This document shows, piece after piece, positions 1 to 11,474 of a stretch of 64,000 nucleotides of DNA (positions are counted from its first letter, which is position 1; each line of letters starts with the position of its first letter). This DNA is from Pseudomonadales bacterium. Its GTDB lineage: Bacteria; Pseudomonadota; Gammaproteobacteria; Pseudomonadales; UBA7434. The stretch is from positions 181 through 64,180 of the forward strand of contig CBFHXO010000004.1 in NCBI GenBank assembly GCA_965659815.1, in the 5' to 3' direction. Under the pieces are notes generated by a model that had not been told where the DNA came from, made no database searches, and worked only from the letters and a program-made list of their open reading frames with translations. The position numbers were made by a program, and so were the translations under genes.

Positions 1-1
1 T

Positions 2-1849
2 GCCTTGCTGTTTTCCATCGCCAACACCATGGCCTATGAAGCACAGGGCAAGGGTCTCACGCTATTAACAGCATTTGACACCCTCAAAGATTGCCAGATA
101 GAAACCGATCCGCTACGACTACGACAGGTGATTTCTAACCTGCTGGTTAATGCTATTCGCTACACTGAATACGGGCATATTAGTATTGCCGCTAAATTTG
201 ATTTCGACAAGCAAGACAATAAGGCCTTGCTTATCGATATTGAGGATACCGGCATCGGCATTAGTAACGCACAGCGCGAAAGCATATTTACCGCATTTGT
301 CAGCCATGCAAACCCTGCCAGCAATGATCACCCTGAAGACCCACAACGCAACGCCCCCGATCAAAACCCCGGTTTGGGTTTGGGCTTGGGGCTATCAATT
401 GTAGCAACCATACTGCATAAACTGGGCGCCACACTGGAACTTGATAGCGAGCTAAATCGCGGCAGCTGTTTTCATATTCGCCTGCCGGTTAAACAGTCGT
501 CAGCCCCCCAAACAAAGGCGCACTGGGCCACTACCGATATACCGACAAACATACATATTGGGTCGGATTATCAAGCCACCGCAGACAACCTGGTCAAACG
601 ACTACAACCCTTTGGTGCCAGTTTTTCGGTCAGTGATATCGAAGGCCTGACTCGGCAACAATCAAGCAGTAATATCAACAACGAGAATAACCCCACAGAT
701 ATCACTGTAGCCTGTATTAACAGGCCCCAGCTTGAAGCCATTAACAGCGCCAGTGGGCCACTTTACACTGCGCTGGTGAAATCAACGAGGCAATGGGTGA
801 TTTATACGCCAATAGCACTGAGCCTTAGCGAGCAACAATTGCTTGCTAAACCTAATATCAAAGTAATTAACGGGCCGTTTTATATTGAGTCGTTATTTAA
901 GCGCAATAACAATCAGCAATCGCCGCCTTCCTCGCCTGAATCACTTGAAGCCGGGCTATCGCGCGCTGCGGCCAGCGAACACCTGACCGGCAAAAAGACA
1001 TTAATTGTTGACGATAACCCCAGCAATATTGAATTACTGGCAATGTTAATCAGCGGCTGCCAATGTGAAGTGGTAAGCGCGTTAAATGGTCAGGACGCGC
1101 TCGCAAAAGCCAGGCAAACGGCGTTCGACTGGCTTTTTCTCGATATTCGTATGCAGCCGATGGACGGCTTTACGCTACTAGAGCAAATTCGTCAATTACC
1201 ACAGTACCGGTCAACGCCAATTATCGCCTGCACCGCACATACCAGCCAACAAGAGTATCGCAAGCTACTAAAGGCCGGATTCAATAAAGTCATTTATAAG
1301 CCCGTAGAGCGCCAGCAGATAATGGCACTGGGTAACAGTTTATTTGGCTACAACGATGTTAAAAATACGGCCAAGAATACGACAAGCAATAACACGATAG
1401 GCAACAACAAGTCTAACAGAGAAGATTCTGTTGATAGCCAAAGCGATATGGATAACGTGGTTATTTTTGATTTAGAATACGCGCTTGATCGCGCCTCTGG
1501 TAAGCCCACAGTCGCCAAGCGTATATTTCAAATGTTGATTGAAGAACTACAACAGATAAATAACGAATTAACGCCAAGCAACACAGCTACTGACCTTAAC
1601 ACCCTTATTGATCACGTTCACCAGCTAAACGGTGCAGCCGCCATGACAGGTGCCAGGCGCTTAAAATACTGCCTAAATCGCTGCGAAAGCACGCTTAAGT
1701 TGATACAAAGTGAACGAACTGATAGTGCAAGCATCAACACCAACCAGCAAAGTAAGATTGACGCTAGCCTGACTCAGGTTCGTGAACAAATACAGGCACT
1801 GCTTGAATGGAGCCACCAGCACGACCTGGATATTATGTTTGCCGGCTAG
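2..1849 (+). CDS. hybrid sensor histidine kinase/response regulator, C-terminal part (5' end lies outside the window)
   Basis: The ORF is open to the window edge. HATPase motifs are present: N-box NLLVNAIRYT, G1 DTGIGI, G2 GLGLGLGLSIV. Receiver domain: LIVDDNPSN..FLDIRMQPMDG..YKPV. HPt motif: HQLNGAAAMTGA. Confidence 0.85.
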   Translation, partial: ALLFSIANTMAYEAQGKGLTLLTAFDTLKDCQIETDPLRLRQVISNLLVNAIRYTEYGHISIAAKFDFDKQDNKALLIDIEDTGIGISNAQRESIFTAFVSHANPASNDHPEDPQRNAPDQNPGLGLGLGLSIVATILHKLGATLELDSELNRGSCFHIRLPVKQSSAPQTKAHWATTDIPTNIHIGSDYQATADNLVKRLQPFGASFSVSDIEGLTRQQSSSNINNENNPTDITVACINRPQLEAINSASGPLYTALVKSTRQWVIYTPIALSLSEQQLLAKPNIKVINGPFYIESLFKRNNNQQSPPSSPESLEAGLSRAAASEHLTGKKTLIVDDNPSNIELLAMLISGCQCEVVSALNGQDALAKARQTAFDWLFLDIRMQPMDGFTLLEQIRQLPQYRSTPIIACTAHTSQQEYRKLLKAGFNKVIYKPVERQQIMALGNSLFGYNDVKNTAKNTTSNNTIGNNKSNREDSVDSQSDMDNVVIFDLEYALDRASGKPTVAKRIFQMLIEELQQINNELTPSNTATDLNTLIDHVHQLNGAAAMTGARRLKYCLNRCESTLKLIQSERTDSASINTNQQSKIDASLTQVREQIQALLEWSHQHDLDIMFAG

Positions 1850-1858
1850 AACACAGCG

Positions 1859-2653
1859 CTAAGAGCGCGCATAAAATTCGCGGCTTTTTAACGGTCGATC
1901 ACCCAAATGCGGTGCCAGCGCAATGCGGATAATTTTTTTTGCCAGTTTTCGTACCGCAGCATCACGGTAATCCTGCTGCTGCAATGCAATAATATGTGCA
2001 CCGGCCACAGTATCAATCATGTGACGCTGACGCGGTCGGTCCAAATCGCTACCCTGTCCTTCAGCATAGTCGTTAGCTTCACTGTTATTGCCGACATCCT
2101 CAGCTACGCAGGTAAACCCCGTTTCCGCCTGATACACATAATGCTTATTGCTCGCTATAGCCTCACCCGATAAGTTGTCGTGATGAAAATCGACTTCGAA
2201 CCCCAGCGTTGCCAATAAGCCAAATTCAAAACGCCGCAATGCTTGCTCGGTGGCCAACTGATTACCAGCCTCAACCCGAGTTAACTGTTCAATCGCGTGC
2301 TGGTATTCGTCAAACAGATCCATTTGCAGCTCGCCATGCTGAAACAACCGCATGAGTAATTCATTGAGGTAAAGCGCTGCATAGAGTTGATGTTGGGAGA
2401 ATTGTGGCGATGATCGTAACACTTCAGCACTGCGTAGCGATTTAAGCGCCGACTTACCCGACCAACTGATAGCAAGCCTGGCAAAGGGTTGTAATACGCT
2501 GCGCAGCCCCGCAGCTTTATTTCCTGAACTGCGAACACCTTTGCATACCAGGCTAACACGGCCTTCGGTTTGGGTGAGTAAATCGACAATAACACTGGTT
2601 TCGCGATAGGGTCGCTGGTGCAGTAAAAAGCAGTGGTGTAGTGGCGCGTTCAT
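1859..2653 (-). CDS. recO: DNA repair protein RecO
   Basis: 264 aa with a RecO-like N-terminus (LLHQRPYRETSVIVDLLT..GRVSLVCKGVRS). It sits in the conserved position downstream of era. Confidence 0.88.
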   Translation of the reverse strand: MNAPLHHCFLLHQRPYRETSVIVDLLTQTEGRVSLVCKGVRSSGNKAAGLRSVLQPFARLAISWSGKSALKSLRSAEVLRSSPQFSQHQLYAALYLNELLMRLFQHGELQMDLFDEYQHAIEQLTRVEAGNQLATEQALRRFEFGLLATLGFEVDFHHDNLSGEAIASNKHYVYQAETGFTCVAEDVGNNSEANDYAEGQGSDLDRPRQRHMIDTVAGAHIIALQQQDYRDAAVRKLAKKIIRIALAPHLGDRPLKSREFYARS

Positions 2654-2679
2654 GCAAATACCAGCCCGGACTTGCTTAG

Positions 2680-3579
2680 TTAATCTTCATAGCCCAGGCT
2701 TTTAAGCATACGCTCGTCGTCAGACCAGCTGCCCTTGACCTTAACCCACAGCTTTAGCATGACCTTTTGATCAGTCATAATTTCAATATCCTTACGCGCA
2801 TCGGTACCAATTCTTTTTATTTGCTCGCCGGATTTACCAATAATAATTTTTTTCTGGCCGTCGCGCTCAACCCAAATTAACGCATCGATATGAACCACGT
2901 TGTTAATCAATTTGTATTGCTCAATTTCAACGGCTACCTGATACGGCAGTTCATCACCGCATTGGCGCATTAACTTTTCACGAATCAACTCTGCCGCCAA
3001 AAAGCGCTCACTGCGATCGGTAATCTGATCTGCATCATAAAAGTGTTCGCGCTGCGGCAAACGCTTGTTAATTGCCGCGCGTAGTGAATCGACATTGTCA
3101 CCACTTTTTGCCGACAGTGGTATAACTTCAGCCCAGCTTAAATGGCTAGACAGCGTTTGGATATGCGGCAACAAGCGATTTTTTTCTACAATGCGGTCGA
3201 CCTTATTAATTACCAATATAATAGGCGCATCAGCATGCTTAAGGCTTTTAACCACCAGCTCGTCTTCTTCGGTCCAGTTCAGGCGATCGACAATAAAGAC
3301 TATAACGTCTACATCGTTAATGGTACTGGACGCCGCACGATTCATATAGCGATTCATGGCGTTGGTTTGGGTTTGATGAAGACCCGGGGTATCGACAAAA
3401 ATAGTTTGATATTCATCGCGAGTATCAATGCCAACGATGCGGTGACGGGTGGTTTGCGGCTTGCGTGAGGTAATACTGATTTTTTGCCCAAGCAGATGAT
3501 TTAATAATGTCGACTTGCCCACATTGGGCCTGCCCAGTAAGGCGACATAACCACAAAATTCAGATTCATTGGTCGTCAT
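2680..3579 (-). CDS. era: GTPase Era
   Basis: 299 aa. G1 [10 protein letters not shown]3 DTPG, G4 NKVD and a C-terminal KH domain. The start overlaps the rnc stop (ATGA). Confidence 0.95.
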   Translation of the reverse strand: MTTNESEFCGYVALLGRPNVGKSTLLNHLLGQKISITSRKPQTTRHRIVGIDTRDEYQTIFVDTPGLHQTQTNAMNRYMNRAASSTINDVDVIVFIVDRLNWTEEDELVVKSLKHADAPIILVINKVDRIVEKNRLLPHIQTLSSHLSWAEVIPLSAKSGDNVDSLRAAINKRLPQREHFYDADQITDRSERFLAAELIREKLMRQCGDELPYQVAVEIEQYKLINNVVHIDALIWVERDGQKKIIIGKSGEQIKRIGTDARKDIEIMTDQKVMLKLWVKVKGSWSDDERMLKSLGYED

Positions 3580-4343
3580 GATTTTTTACGCGCAGCGTCT
3601 GCATCACCGGCTCGCTTTGATTTTGAACCACTGTCTTTGGTAATCACATCACCTTCGGTATAATTGAATTGCTTTAGTATTTTTAACGCTGCGTTTTGTT
3701 CCGCCACACGGCGACTAAACCCTTCACCCATTGCCGAGGCCGAATTTAATTCAACATTGCATTCAACCCGAAAGTACTGCTGGTGCCCTGGGCCTTCAAT
3801 GTCTCGCAACCGATAACTGGGCAGTGACAAATGCTTGGACTGCATTAATTCCTGTAGCAGGGTTTTGGCATCCTTATACTCTGGCACCAGTGATACTTGC
3901 TCTAAGTGCGCCGTCAAAAACTGCAACACAATACGCTGGCAGGTTTCGAAATCACTATCTACGTAAACTGCGCCTATTAATGCCTCAACGGCATCACCAA
4001 CAATAGAGTGCTTAACTGTAGGCGCATTTTTTCGCTCGCCCATACCCAGTATCATTAATTTGTCGAGCTCTAGCATGAAACCGATTTCAGCCAGGGTTTT
4101 ACCTTTGACAAGCTGCGAACGCGCTGTGGTCATAACGCCTTCAGGAACATCTTCAAACCGCGTGTAGAGTGCCTCTGCAGCAATAGCATTGAGCAGTGAG
4201 TCACCAAGAAACTCTAAACGCTCATTGTTAGGGGCCCCATTACTTTTATGTGTTAGAGCCAACTCCAACAGTTCAGTATCCTTAAACTGAAAGTCAATCG
4301 CATCCTGGAGCTTGCGCAATAATGTGGCTTTAATCTGGGACAT
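3576..4343 (-). CDS. rnc: ribonuclease III
   Basis: 255 aa with the RNase III signature ERLEFLGDS and a dsRBD. It has a short basic C-terminal extension. rnc-era-recO order. Confidence 0.95.
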   Translation of the reverse strand: MSQIKATLLRKLQDAIDFQFKDTELLELALTHKSNGAPNNERLEFLGDSLLNAIAAEALYTRFEDVPEGVMTTARSQLVKGKTLAEIGFMLELDKLMILGMGERKNAPTVKHSIVGDAVEALIGAVYVDSDFETCQRIVLQFLTAHLEQVSLVPEYKDAKTLLQELMQSKHLSLPSYRLRDIEGPGHQQYFRVECNVELNSASAMGEGFSRRVAEQNAALKILKQFNYTEGDVITKDSGSKSKRAGDADAARKKS

Positions 4344-4468
4344 TCAAAAGATCACTGGTCTCTTTTCGCATAAATGTTTTAGCGCATGAGTTTACTGCGC
4401 ATACTTTTTACCTGCCAAACCGTATCGCAACCAACTTAACTAACAGTCACTCTTAGCCACGCCCGCGC

Positions 4469-4897
4469 TTACCTGGCTGGCAGCATAACGCTGTTATTGA
4501 ATTTCATTACCACATCGATATTGGCCAGCAGAGCTTCACGCACTTCGTATTCGGCACTGATACTTAAACCATCGGCGGTTTTTTCCAATTCAAACTGCCT
4601 GCCATCTACCACCGAAATCTGGTTAATATTTAGGCGCTTGCTTAACAGGCTACGCACTTCGCTTTTGGTAAATGCCAGCGCTTTGCTTGTTTGTTCTTCC
4701 CGTATGCCGTCGAGGACCCCCTGCACGTTCCAGCTTTGAATATAAACCGGCAGCATTTTTAATACGCAGGTTAATAGTAACCCTGCGATGGCCATAATGA
4801 ATATCACACTGATTAATGACAGACCCTGCTGTCGGCGTGGCGATGCAAAAAAACGGTGCGCCCTCAGTCGCTGCTGACTCAATGCTCGATTGCTCAT
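4469..4897 (-). CDS. small membrane-anchored protein (DUF4845-like) between lepB and rnc
   Basis: 142 aa with a single N-terminal TM segment (LSLISVIFIMAIAGLLLTCVL). As I recall, this position between lepB and rnc is conserved in Pseudomonas-type genomes. Confidence 0.55.
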   Translation of the reverse strand: MSNRALSQQRLRAHRFFASPRRQQGLSLISVIFIMAIAGLLLTCVLKMLPVYIQSWNVQGVLDGIREEQTSKALAFTKSEVRSLLSKRLNINQISVVDGRQFELEKTADGLSISAEYEVREALLANIDVVMKFNNSVMLPAR

Positions 4898-4974
4898 CTT
4901 TTAACCTGCTTAATAACCCCATTGAACCTGGGCTTTATCGTTGTTTGCTTGGATAAAGTTTAGTTCAAATAGGG

Positions 4975-5721
4975 CTATTTAAATGAACCTGCGCGGGAAA
5001 AAGTCGGTATATTCCAGCCTGGCTCCTTATGCATCCAAATTGCCACAGCCTTGCCGACGATACGCTCTTCAGCCACCGAGCCCCAGGAGCGGCTGTCCTG
5101 GCTGTTATCGCGGTTATCACCCATCATGAAGTAATGACCGGCGGGCACACGCACCGAAATATCGTCATTGCGCTGGCTGGCCAAATTGACTTGAATTTCG
5201 TGCTCTATGTCACCCAATTGCTCCATGCTTTGGCTAAACAGCGAACGCTTTTTACCCGGCAGTGGTGTTTGCTGCTGTATCTCACCATTAATCGTGAGTA
5301 CCTTGTCTTTATACTGCACCAGGTCACCGGGAAGGCCAATCACGCGCTTGATATAGTATTGGTCTTTGTGCGGCGGAAAGAATACCATCACATCACCACG
5401 CTGCGGCTGGTTAATATCAAAAACCTTGGTTCGCCAAACCGGCAGCCGAATACCATAAGTGTATTTGTTTACTAGGATAAAATCACCGACCAGTAAAGTG
5501 CGCTCCATAGACCCCGAGGGAATCTGGAACGGCTCATACATAAACGAGCGAATCACAAATACCAGCGCCAGCACCGGTGTTAGCGACTTAGCATTTTCAA
5601 CTAATGCGGGTTCCTTTTGATCGGGTGCGCGCTGTTTGCTAAACCACAGCACATCCGCAATCCATATCGCGGCACCACCGCCCACCAAGCACATTAATAT
5701 GAGAGGAAAATTAATATCCAT
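4975..5721 (-). CDS. lepB: signal peptidase I
   Basis: 248 aa. Catalytic Ser box IPSGSMERTL and Lys box YIKRVIGLPGD. Downstream of lepA. Confidence 0.92.
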   Translation of the reverse strand: MDINFPLILMCLVGGGAAIWIADVLWFSKQRAPDQKEPALVENAKSLTPVLALVFVIRSFMYEPFQIPSGSMERTLLVGDFILVNKYTYGIRLPVWRTKVFDINQPQRGDVMVFFPPHKDQYYIKRVIGLPGDLVQYKDKVLTINGEIQQQTPLPGKKRSLFSQSMEQLGDIEHEIQVNLASQRNDDISVRVPAGHYFMMGDNRDNSQDSRSWGSVAEERIVGKAVAIWMHKEPGWNIPTFSRAGSFK

Positions 5722-5740
5722 GCATCACCAGTTTAACTAT

Positions 5741-7543
5741 TTAATTATCGACTTTAAGCACCGCTAAAAACGCAGACTGGGGAATTTCAACACTGCCCAC
5801 CTGCTTCATACGCTTTTTACCCGCTTTTTGTTTTTCTAGCAGTTTCTTTTTACGCGTCACATCACCACCGTAACACTTGGCGGTAACGTTTTTACGCAAC
5901 GCCTTAACCGTTTGCCGTGCAATAATGTGTCCACCGATGGCAGCCTGTATGGCAACATCAAACATCTGCCTTGGAATTAAGCTTTTCATTGCCTCAACCA
6001 ATGACCTACCACGCGACTCAGCCAGATCACGATGTACAATAATGGCCAGCGCATCAACGCGCTCGCTATTAATCAGTACATCGAGCCTAACCAACTTGGC
6101 TGGCGCAAAGCGCTCGAACTGATAGTCCAGTGATGCATAACCCTTGCTACACGACTTAAGCCGGTCAAAGAAATCGAGCACGACTTCATTCATCGGAATT
6201 TCATACACCAGCGATACCTGTTTACCCAAGAACTGCATATCCACCTGCACGCCGCGCTTCTCGACGCAAAGCGTAATCACATTACCCAGATAGTCTTGCG
6301 GCACCAGGATATTGGCGCGCACTATCGGTTCACGCATTTCGTCAATGGTGCCGACATCCGGTAATTTAGACGGATTATCTACCGACAGCGTTTCACCCTT
6401 ATTAGTCAGCACTTCATACACCACGGTCGGCGCTGTGGTAATCAAGTCAAGATTGTACTCTCGCTCCAGTCGCTCTTGAATAATCTCCATATGCAGCATA
6501 CCGAGAAAGCCGCAGCGAAAACCAAAACCCAGTGCGTCCGAAACCTCTGGCTCATAAAACAGTGAGGCATCGTTTAAGGTCAGTTTGGCCAAAGCTTCAC
6601 GAAAAGCTTCGTAATCATCGGAGCTTACCGTAAACATACCGGCATAGACTTTTGGCTGCACAGTTTTAAAACCCGGCAAAGCTGCGACATCTTCACTTTT
6701 GGCGTGGGTGAAGGTATCACCCACAGGTGCACCGTGGATATCTTTAATACCGGCGACCATAAAGCCCACCTCACCGGCGGAGAGTGATTTCATCGGTACG
6801 CGCTTGGGCGTAAATACACCGACCTGGTCGACTATTTGCGTACGCCCCTGCGATTTGGCAATCACTTTGTCGCGAACATTGAGTGTACCCTGCACCACTT
6901 TAATTAGTGATACCACACCCAGGTAATTATCAAACCAGGAGTCGATAATAAGCGCTTGCAACGGTGCTTCGGGGTCACCAATGGGCGGCGGCACTGATGC
7001 CACAATACGCTCTAGCACTTCTCGAACGCCCTCGCCTGACTTGGCACTGACGCGGCAAGCATCGGTGGCATCAATACCAATAATATCTTCGATTTCCTGT
7101 GCTACGCGCTCTGGCTCAACTTGTGGCAAGTCCATTTTATTGAGCACCGGAACCACTTCCAGCCCCATATCAATAGCGGTGTAACAGTTGGCAACCGACT
7201 GAGCCTCAACCCCTTGAGCGGCGTCAACAATTAGCAGCGCGCCTTCGCAAGCGGCTAATGAGCGCGATACTTCGTAGGAAAAGTCAACGTGGCCCGGTGT
7301 ATCAATTAAATTCAGCTGGTAGGTTTCACCGTCATCAGCCAAATAGTCGAGTGTGACGCTTTGCGCTTTAATGGTGATACCACGCTCTCGCTCGATATCC
7401 ATGGAATCAAGCACTTGCTCGGCCATTTCTCGCGCTTCGAGACCACCGCAGGTCTGGATAAAACGGTCGGCCAGCGTAGATTTGCCATGATCAATATGGG
7501 CAATAATTGAAAAGTTGCGGATATGTTCTATTGCTTTGGTCAT
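5741..7543 (-). CDS. lepA: translation elongation factor 4 (LepA)
   Basis: 600 aa. GTPase motifs [14 protein letters not shown] and NKMD, with the LepA-specific C-terminal domain. Confidence 0.97.
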   Translation of the reverse strand: MTKAIEHIRNFSIIAHIDHGKSTLADRFIQTCGGLEAREMAEQVLDSMDIERERGITIKAQSVTLDYLADDGETYQLNLIDTPGHVDFSYEVSRSLAACEGALLIVDAAQGVEAQSVANCYTAIDMGLEVVPVLNKMDLPQVEPERVAQEIEDIIGIDATDACRVSAKSGEGVREVLERIVASVPPPIGDPEAPLQALIIDSWFDNYLGVVSLIKVVQGTLNVRDKVIAKSQGRTQIVDQVGVFTPKRVPMKSLSAGEVGFMVAGIKDIHGAPVGDTFTHAKSEDVAALPGFKTVQPKVYAGMFTVSSDDYEAFREALAKLTLNDASLFYEPEVSDALGFGFRCGFLGMLHMEIIQERLEREYNLDLITTAPTVVYEVLTNKGETLSVDNPSKLPDVGTIDEMREPIVRANILVPQDYLGNVITLCVEKRGVQVDMQFLGKQVSLVYEIPMNEVVLDFFDRLKSCSKGYASLDYQFERFAPAKLVRLDVLINSERVDALAIIVHRDLAESRGRSLVEAMKSLIPRQMFDVAIQAAIGGHIIARQTVKALRKNVTAKCYGGDVTRKKKLLEKQKAGKKRMKQVGSVEIPQSAFLAVLKVDN

Positions 7544-7802
7544 CTAATTCTCTGGTTAACCGCTGGTGTCACCCGCCATGGATCAATGCGATTTCTGTCA
7601 CTATAAAATCCGGTCTATATCGGCTAGCCGTCATACTGGTCAATAGCCCAATGAAATGGTGCGAGTCAATGGCCCGAATAAAAGGCGCGAATTGTATAAC
7701 AAGCGTTAGATTGAAGCGATGCAGTTATGCGCTAATGAAGGGTAAATATCTGATAGAAAAGGGGGTAAAAGGACTATGATGCAGTCTGTGCAAAGCGCCG
7801 GC

Positions 7803-8312
7803 TTACCCTTTTGCCAGACCCAGCAAACGCGGTTGAGCGCTACGAGCGTCGATAGTCAACAGCTCGTACCAGCGTGCCAGCACCAGACCTGCGGTAAAGC
7901 CTGCAATACCGCCCATTATTGCCGCCAGGTCGCCGGCAAACAGCGCCTGCCCGGCCGCCGCGCCCATGATCATTGCCACCAAAGGCATTATATACATCAG
8001 TAGCGAAGCTTTAACGACCAGGCCATCGGGCACACCAATTTCGACCCACTGGCCCACGGTAAATAAATCGGCCTGGCCTTTATCGCAAAGCACTCGAATA
8101 CAGTGCGAACCGCGACCCAACCAGCGACCCAGCACACCCTGGCCACAGCTGGCCTTGGCTTCACAGCTACCACAGGTCGACTGCTGAAAAGTTTCTACCC
8201 ATAGCGCACAGCTGTCCGTGCTGTCGGTATCTTCAACAGCAATAACCCGGGCACGCTCTACCGACATATCGGCAGGGGTGTTTACGCCAAAACTTTTGAT
8301 CTGGTTTGTCAT
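7803..8312 (-). CDS. rseC: sigma-E regulatory protein RseC/MucC family
   Basis: I take the start at the internal ATG (MTNQIKS...), which is preceded by GGAGGG. Cys motif CGSCEAKASCG and two C-terminal TM segments. It follows rseB. Confidence 0.75.
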   Translation of the reverse strand: MTNQIKSFGVNTPADMSVERARVIAVEDTDSTDSCALWVETFQQSTCGSCEAKASCGQGVLGRWLGRGSHCIRVLCDKGQADLFTVGQWVEIGVPDGLVVKASLLMYIMPLVAMIMGAAAGQALFAGDLAAIMGGIAGFTAGLVLARWYELLTIDARSAQPRLLGLAKG

Positions 8313-8470
8313 TTCGCCCTCCTGCGAACGTCGATTGTAACCTTTTTGTACGCCATCAACCGCACAAAAGATTAATGCTGGACACGCTGTCAGCGCGCAC
8401 AAACCGTCGCAGAACGTGACTGCCCCTTTAGAAGCAACGGTTGTAGGATTACGAAGACAGCGAAACGGAG

Positions 8471-9589
8471 CTATTGATCGAGTTTTCGGGTGACTGAACT
8501 GGCAATATTTTTGGCTGCCAACCGCGGTATTTCGCCCACTACGGTAACCGAATATACCCCTTGGCGATCTTTTTTAACGGCTGTATACGCTGTGGTAGCA
8601 CCGCTCTGCACTGCGATTTTACTCATATCAACATCAGGTGCGATAAACACACTAAAGGCCGTTAAACCATCGGAGTACATGAGGCTATCACGCTGCTTAT
8701 TGGCGGCTGCACCGGCTTCGGGGTCACGCCGCGCCGATGACATGGCAAAGCCCGCAGGCAACCAGCCCACCTGCCAGTTTTTGCTCGAGTTTTCGTCGGG
8801 GGCAGTTACAGCCTTGGCTCCGGCAGGTCCTATTCTCTGGCCGGTATTTGCATCAAACAACGACAGCTGCTCACGCTTGCTATCAACCTGGGGGAGTAAT
8901 TGCTGGTCGGTGATCGGCCCGCCAAATTTAATTTCGGTATATTCAAACCGTTCTAACACCTTGCCTTTGCCATTGACCATTAATGATTGCAATAGCAAGC
9001 CAGTTTCTTTGTCCAGAGCCAACCGATAGCCATAGCGATACGCATCTTTTGGCTGCACCGCCAGCAATGCCACGTCACGACCTGCAACACGCCCCTGACC
9101 CGCCAGCTGCACCGAATAAGGCTCGTTTACCGAACTTAACTGGGCCTTGTAATTACGTGCAAATGGCCCGGCAGGCACGGTATTGTTCAGCTCAACAACG
9201 CCGTTTTTGGGATGAACACAAATAACTTTGTCACCACGACGCAAAATCTCCCGCGGCATACCGGTTAAATGTACAAGTCGTTCAAACTGCTTGCCATCTT
9301 TTAGCTTATGAAACAATTTTAGGGTTTCCATATGCCGACCCTGAGCGTAAACCAGCGTACCCTGGTAAGTTAGCGCCCGGGTATTGCGTTCCATCTTCAT
9401 TAATAATTCATCGGCCGTAAGGCTGCCGCCCACATGAATGACGTCGACCTCATCGGCATAGACTTTGACAGAGTAGAGATTAACAACCAGCAGGTTAACA
9501 ATAAGCGTAACCGCAAGCAGTAATCGCTTGCGCAGCGCATACCCGCCAGCACAGCTCAAATCAGTTATCGCTATCATTAGACGGCTCAA
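8471..9589 (-). CDS. rseB: sigma-E factor regulatory protein RseB/MucB
   Basis: 372 aa periplasmic protein with an N-terminal signal/TM. It lies in the rpoE-rseA-rseB order, 11 nt after the rseA stop. Confidence 0.85.
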   Translation of the reverse strand: MSRLMIAITDLSCAGGYALRKRLLLAVTLIVNLLVVNLYSVKVYADEVDVIHVGGSLTADELLMKMERNTRALTYQGTLVYAQGRHMETLKLFHKLKDGKQFERLVHLTGMPREILRRGDKVICVHPKNGVVELNNTVPAGPFARNYKAQLSSVNEPYSVQLAGQGRVAGRDVALLAVQPKDAYRYGYRLALDKETGLLLQSLMVNGKGKVLERFEYTEIKFGGPITDQQLLPQVDSKREQLSLFDANTGQRIGPAGAKAVTAPDENSSKNWQVGWLPAGFAMSSARRDPEAGAAANKQRDSLMYSDGLTAFSVFIAPDVDMSKIAVQSGATTAYTAVKKDRQGVYSVTVVGEIPRLAAKNIASSVTRKLDQ

Positions 9590-9600
9590 TTACTCTTGTT

Positions 9601-10269
9601 CTACTCTTCTTCGAAATTGGCAAGACGCGCAAATGGAATCATGCCCTGGCCACTTTGCTGCGCAGCATGACTGGTATGCTGCAATAAGTATTCATTAAGG
9701 CGCCGCTGCGCTTCTGCTGTTTCAAGCCGAGTCGATTCGCTACCGACAGCCGCTGCTTGCAACTGCTCAGCATCAGTGAAGGTCGTTGCAGAAGCTAATT
9801 GGGCGCCGCTTTCAACCATGGCTTTATTCGCTACCGGGCGCTCAGCAGCAGGATTGAAATCCGCCGCTGGCTTGGTTTCGGCAACGAAATTTGCCGGCCC
9901 ACCGTCAATACCGCCAACACCACCAAACTCCTGCACACCGACCACAACAGCAAGCGCTACTGTCGCGGCAACGGCAAAGCGCCGCCAAATCGGTACTGGT
10001 TTAACCTCAGCGTTGCCGGCCGAATACCCTGACTCATTGGCGATTGCCGCACTGACACCGGCGGCAAAACCTGGTGCCGCCATCACAGCCGGCTGCTCAC
10101 CACGAATATTGGCACCAATGATCTGATAGCGCTCCCATTGTGACATTAGCGCTTGTACTTCGGCATCTGAACCGGCCTCATCCAGCGCCTTAAGCATACG
10201 CCGCACTTCAAGATCATCGGTTTGCCCATCGACCATCGCCGAGATTGACTCATTAATCTGATCATTCAT
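9601..10269 (-). CDS. rseA: anti-sigma-E factor RseA/MucA
   Basis: 222 aa. N-terminal anti-sigma domain (ISAMVDGQTDD), a central TM (FAVAATVALAVVVGV) and a periplasmic C-terminal domain. Downstream of rpoE. Confidence 0.78.
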   Translation of the reverse strand: MNDQINESISAMVDGQTDDLEVRRMLKALDEAGSDAEVQALMSQWERYQIIGANIRGEQPAVMAAPGFAAGVSAAIANESGYSAGNAEVKPVPIWRRFAVAATVALAVVVGVQEFGGVGGIDGGPANFVAETKPAADFNPAAERPVANKAMVESGAQLASATTFTDAEQLQAAAVGSESTRLETAEAQRRLNEYLLQHTSHAAQQSGQGMIPFARLANFEEE

Positions 10270-10361
10270 ATCTGTTTGTCGCCACCTTAATTTTTAAGCC
10301 GTGTTGCAAGTAACTGTTTCAAATACGCTGTGTCAAATAAGCACTGTCTTACCCTTAACTT

Positions 10362-10390
10362 ACATTCCAGGTCAGCACATTCCAGGTCAG
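10362..10390. repeat. perfect tandem duplication of a 15-bp unit (ACATTCCAGGTCAGC x2) in the rpoE-rseA spacer
   Basis: Read directly from the sequence: acattccaggtcagc acattccaggtcag. Confidence 0.9.
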
Positions 10391-10424
10391 GGTTTGCTAA
10401 TTAGCTGTTGACTCCACCGTTGGT

Positions 10425-11006
10425 TTAACTCCAAGATTTATCCAATGTCGGCCTGACCTGTTTATCAATCGCCTCGCGCGCCCTGAATATTCGCGAACGT
10501 ACAGTACCCACCGGACAAGCCATCACGTCGGCGATATCCTCGTAGCTCAGACCATCAAACTCGCGCAAAGTTACCGCTGTACGCAAATCTTCTGGCAAAG
10601 TATCCAGGGCTTTATTCACCACCTCGGCAACCTCATCACCGTGCAGCAGGTTTTCTGGTGTATCGATATCCTGTAACACATTAGAACCCGAGTATTCGTC
10701 CGATTCATCCACATCGACATCCGTACTGGGTGGCCGCCTAGAGCGGGAAACCAGGTGGTTTTTCGCGGTATTAATCGCAATGCGATACATCCAAGTATAA
10801 AACGCACTCTCAGAACGAAAGTTATTAATAGCCCGATAAGCCTTTATAAAAGCCTCCTGGGCGACATCCTGCACTTCGGCACGATCATGCACATAGCGTG
10901 AGATCAGGCTGTGGATTTTATGCTGGTATTTTAATACCAGTAAATCAAAAGCCCGCTTATCGCCTTGCTGTACCCGCGCAACCAATTGCGCATCCGCATC
11001 ACTCAT
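10425..11006 (-). CDS. rpoE: RNA polymerase sigma-24 factor RpoE/AlgU
   Basis: 193 aa. ECF sigma regions 2 and 4 (DVAQEAFIKAYRA; LSYEDIADVMACPVGTVRSRIFRAR). Confidence 0.96.
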   Translation of the reverse strand: MSDADAQLVARVQQGDKRAFDLLVLKYQHKIHSLISRYVHDRAEVQDVAQEAFIKAYRAINNFRSESAFYTWMYRIAINTAKNHLVSRSRRPPSTDVDVDESDEYSGSNVLQDIDTPENLLHGDEVAEVVNKALDTLPEDLRTAVTLREFDGLSYEDIADVMACPVGTVRSRIFRAREAIDKQVRPTLDKSWS

Positions 11007-11274
11007 TTATGCGTCAACACCCTTGCCAGCATCAATTACCGTCATGGGTGTTGCCCAAAGGCGCAAAATTAACCATTTTGTAACAATGTCAAGGCTGGAA
11101 CCTAATTTTGTCAGCATCGGTTGATATCCCCATTTAAAGCCAGCCCGCAGGGGCTGAATAGCTTGTTTTTTACCGCGCTGTTTGCACAGCATTTTTGATT
11201 CCGTTTTGATGTAATAGTCAGCCGTTTATTGGCGCTTTATTTTGTCTACCAAGGGTCATGAGCCTGCTCGTACT

Positions 11275-11309
11275 ATTGCCTGTCATAGCATTGCCTGTCA
11301 TAGCATTGC
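11275..11309. repeat. tandem 15-bp repeat (ATTGCCTGTCATAGC x2.3)
   Basis: Read directly in the rpoE/nadB divergent spacer. Confidence 0.9.
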
Positions 11310-11474
11310 AGCTACTCGCAATAATTGCTCTGCTCTTAATCATTTATCCGCTCGCCAGACGGTTGACTCATTTACGGTGATTTCCCGCTCAAATCCAGAT
11401 TCAACGCGTTGGCGCAACGGTGCTGCGCCCAAAACCAATAGTTTGTGAGTTTTTAAGCAGTTGAGTCGAACAAT

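Noticed and set aside
11095-11125. The plus-strand GGAACC-N18-TTGAT in the rpoE/nadB spacer, as a sigma-E promoter for nadB.
   Set aside because: The -10 does not match TCTGA or TCAAA, and the spacing is off. The well-matching element is the minus-strand one at 11475-11502.
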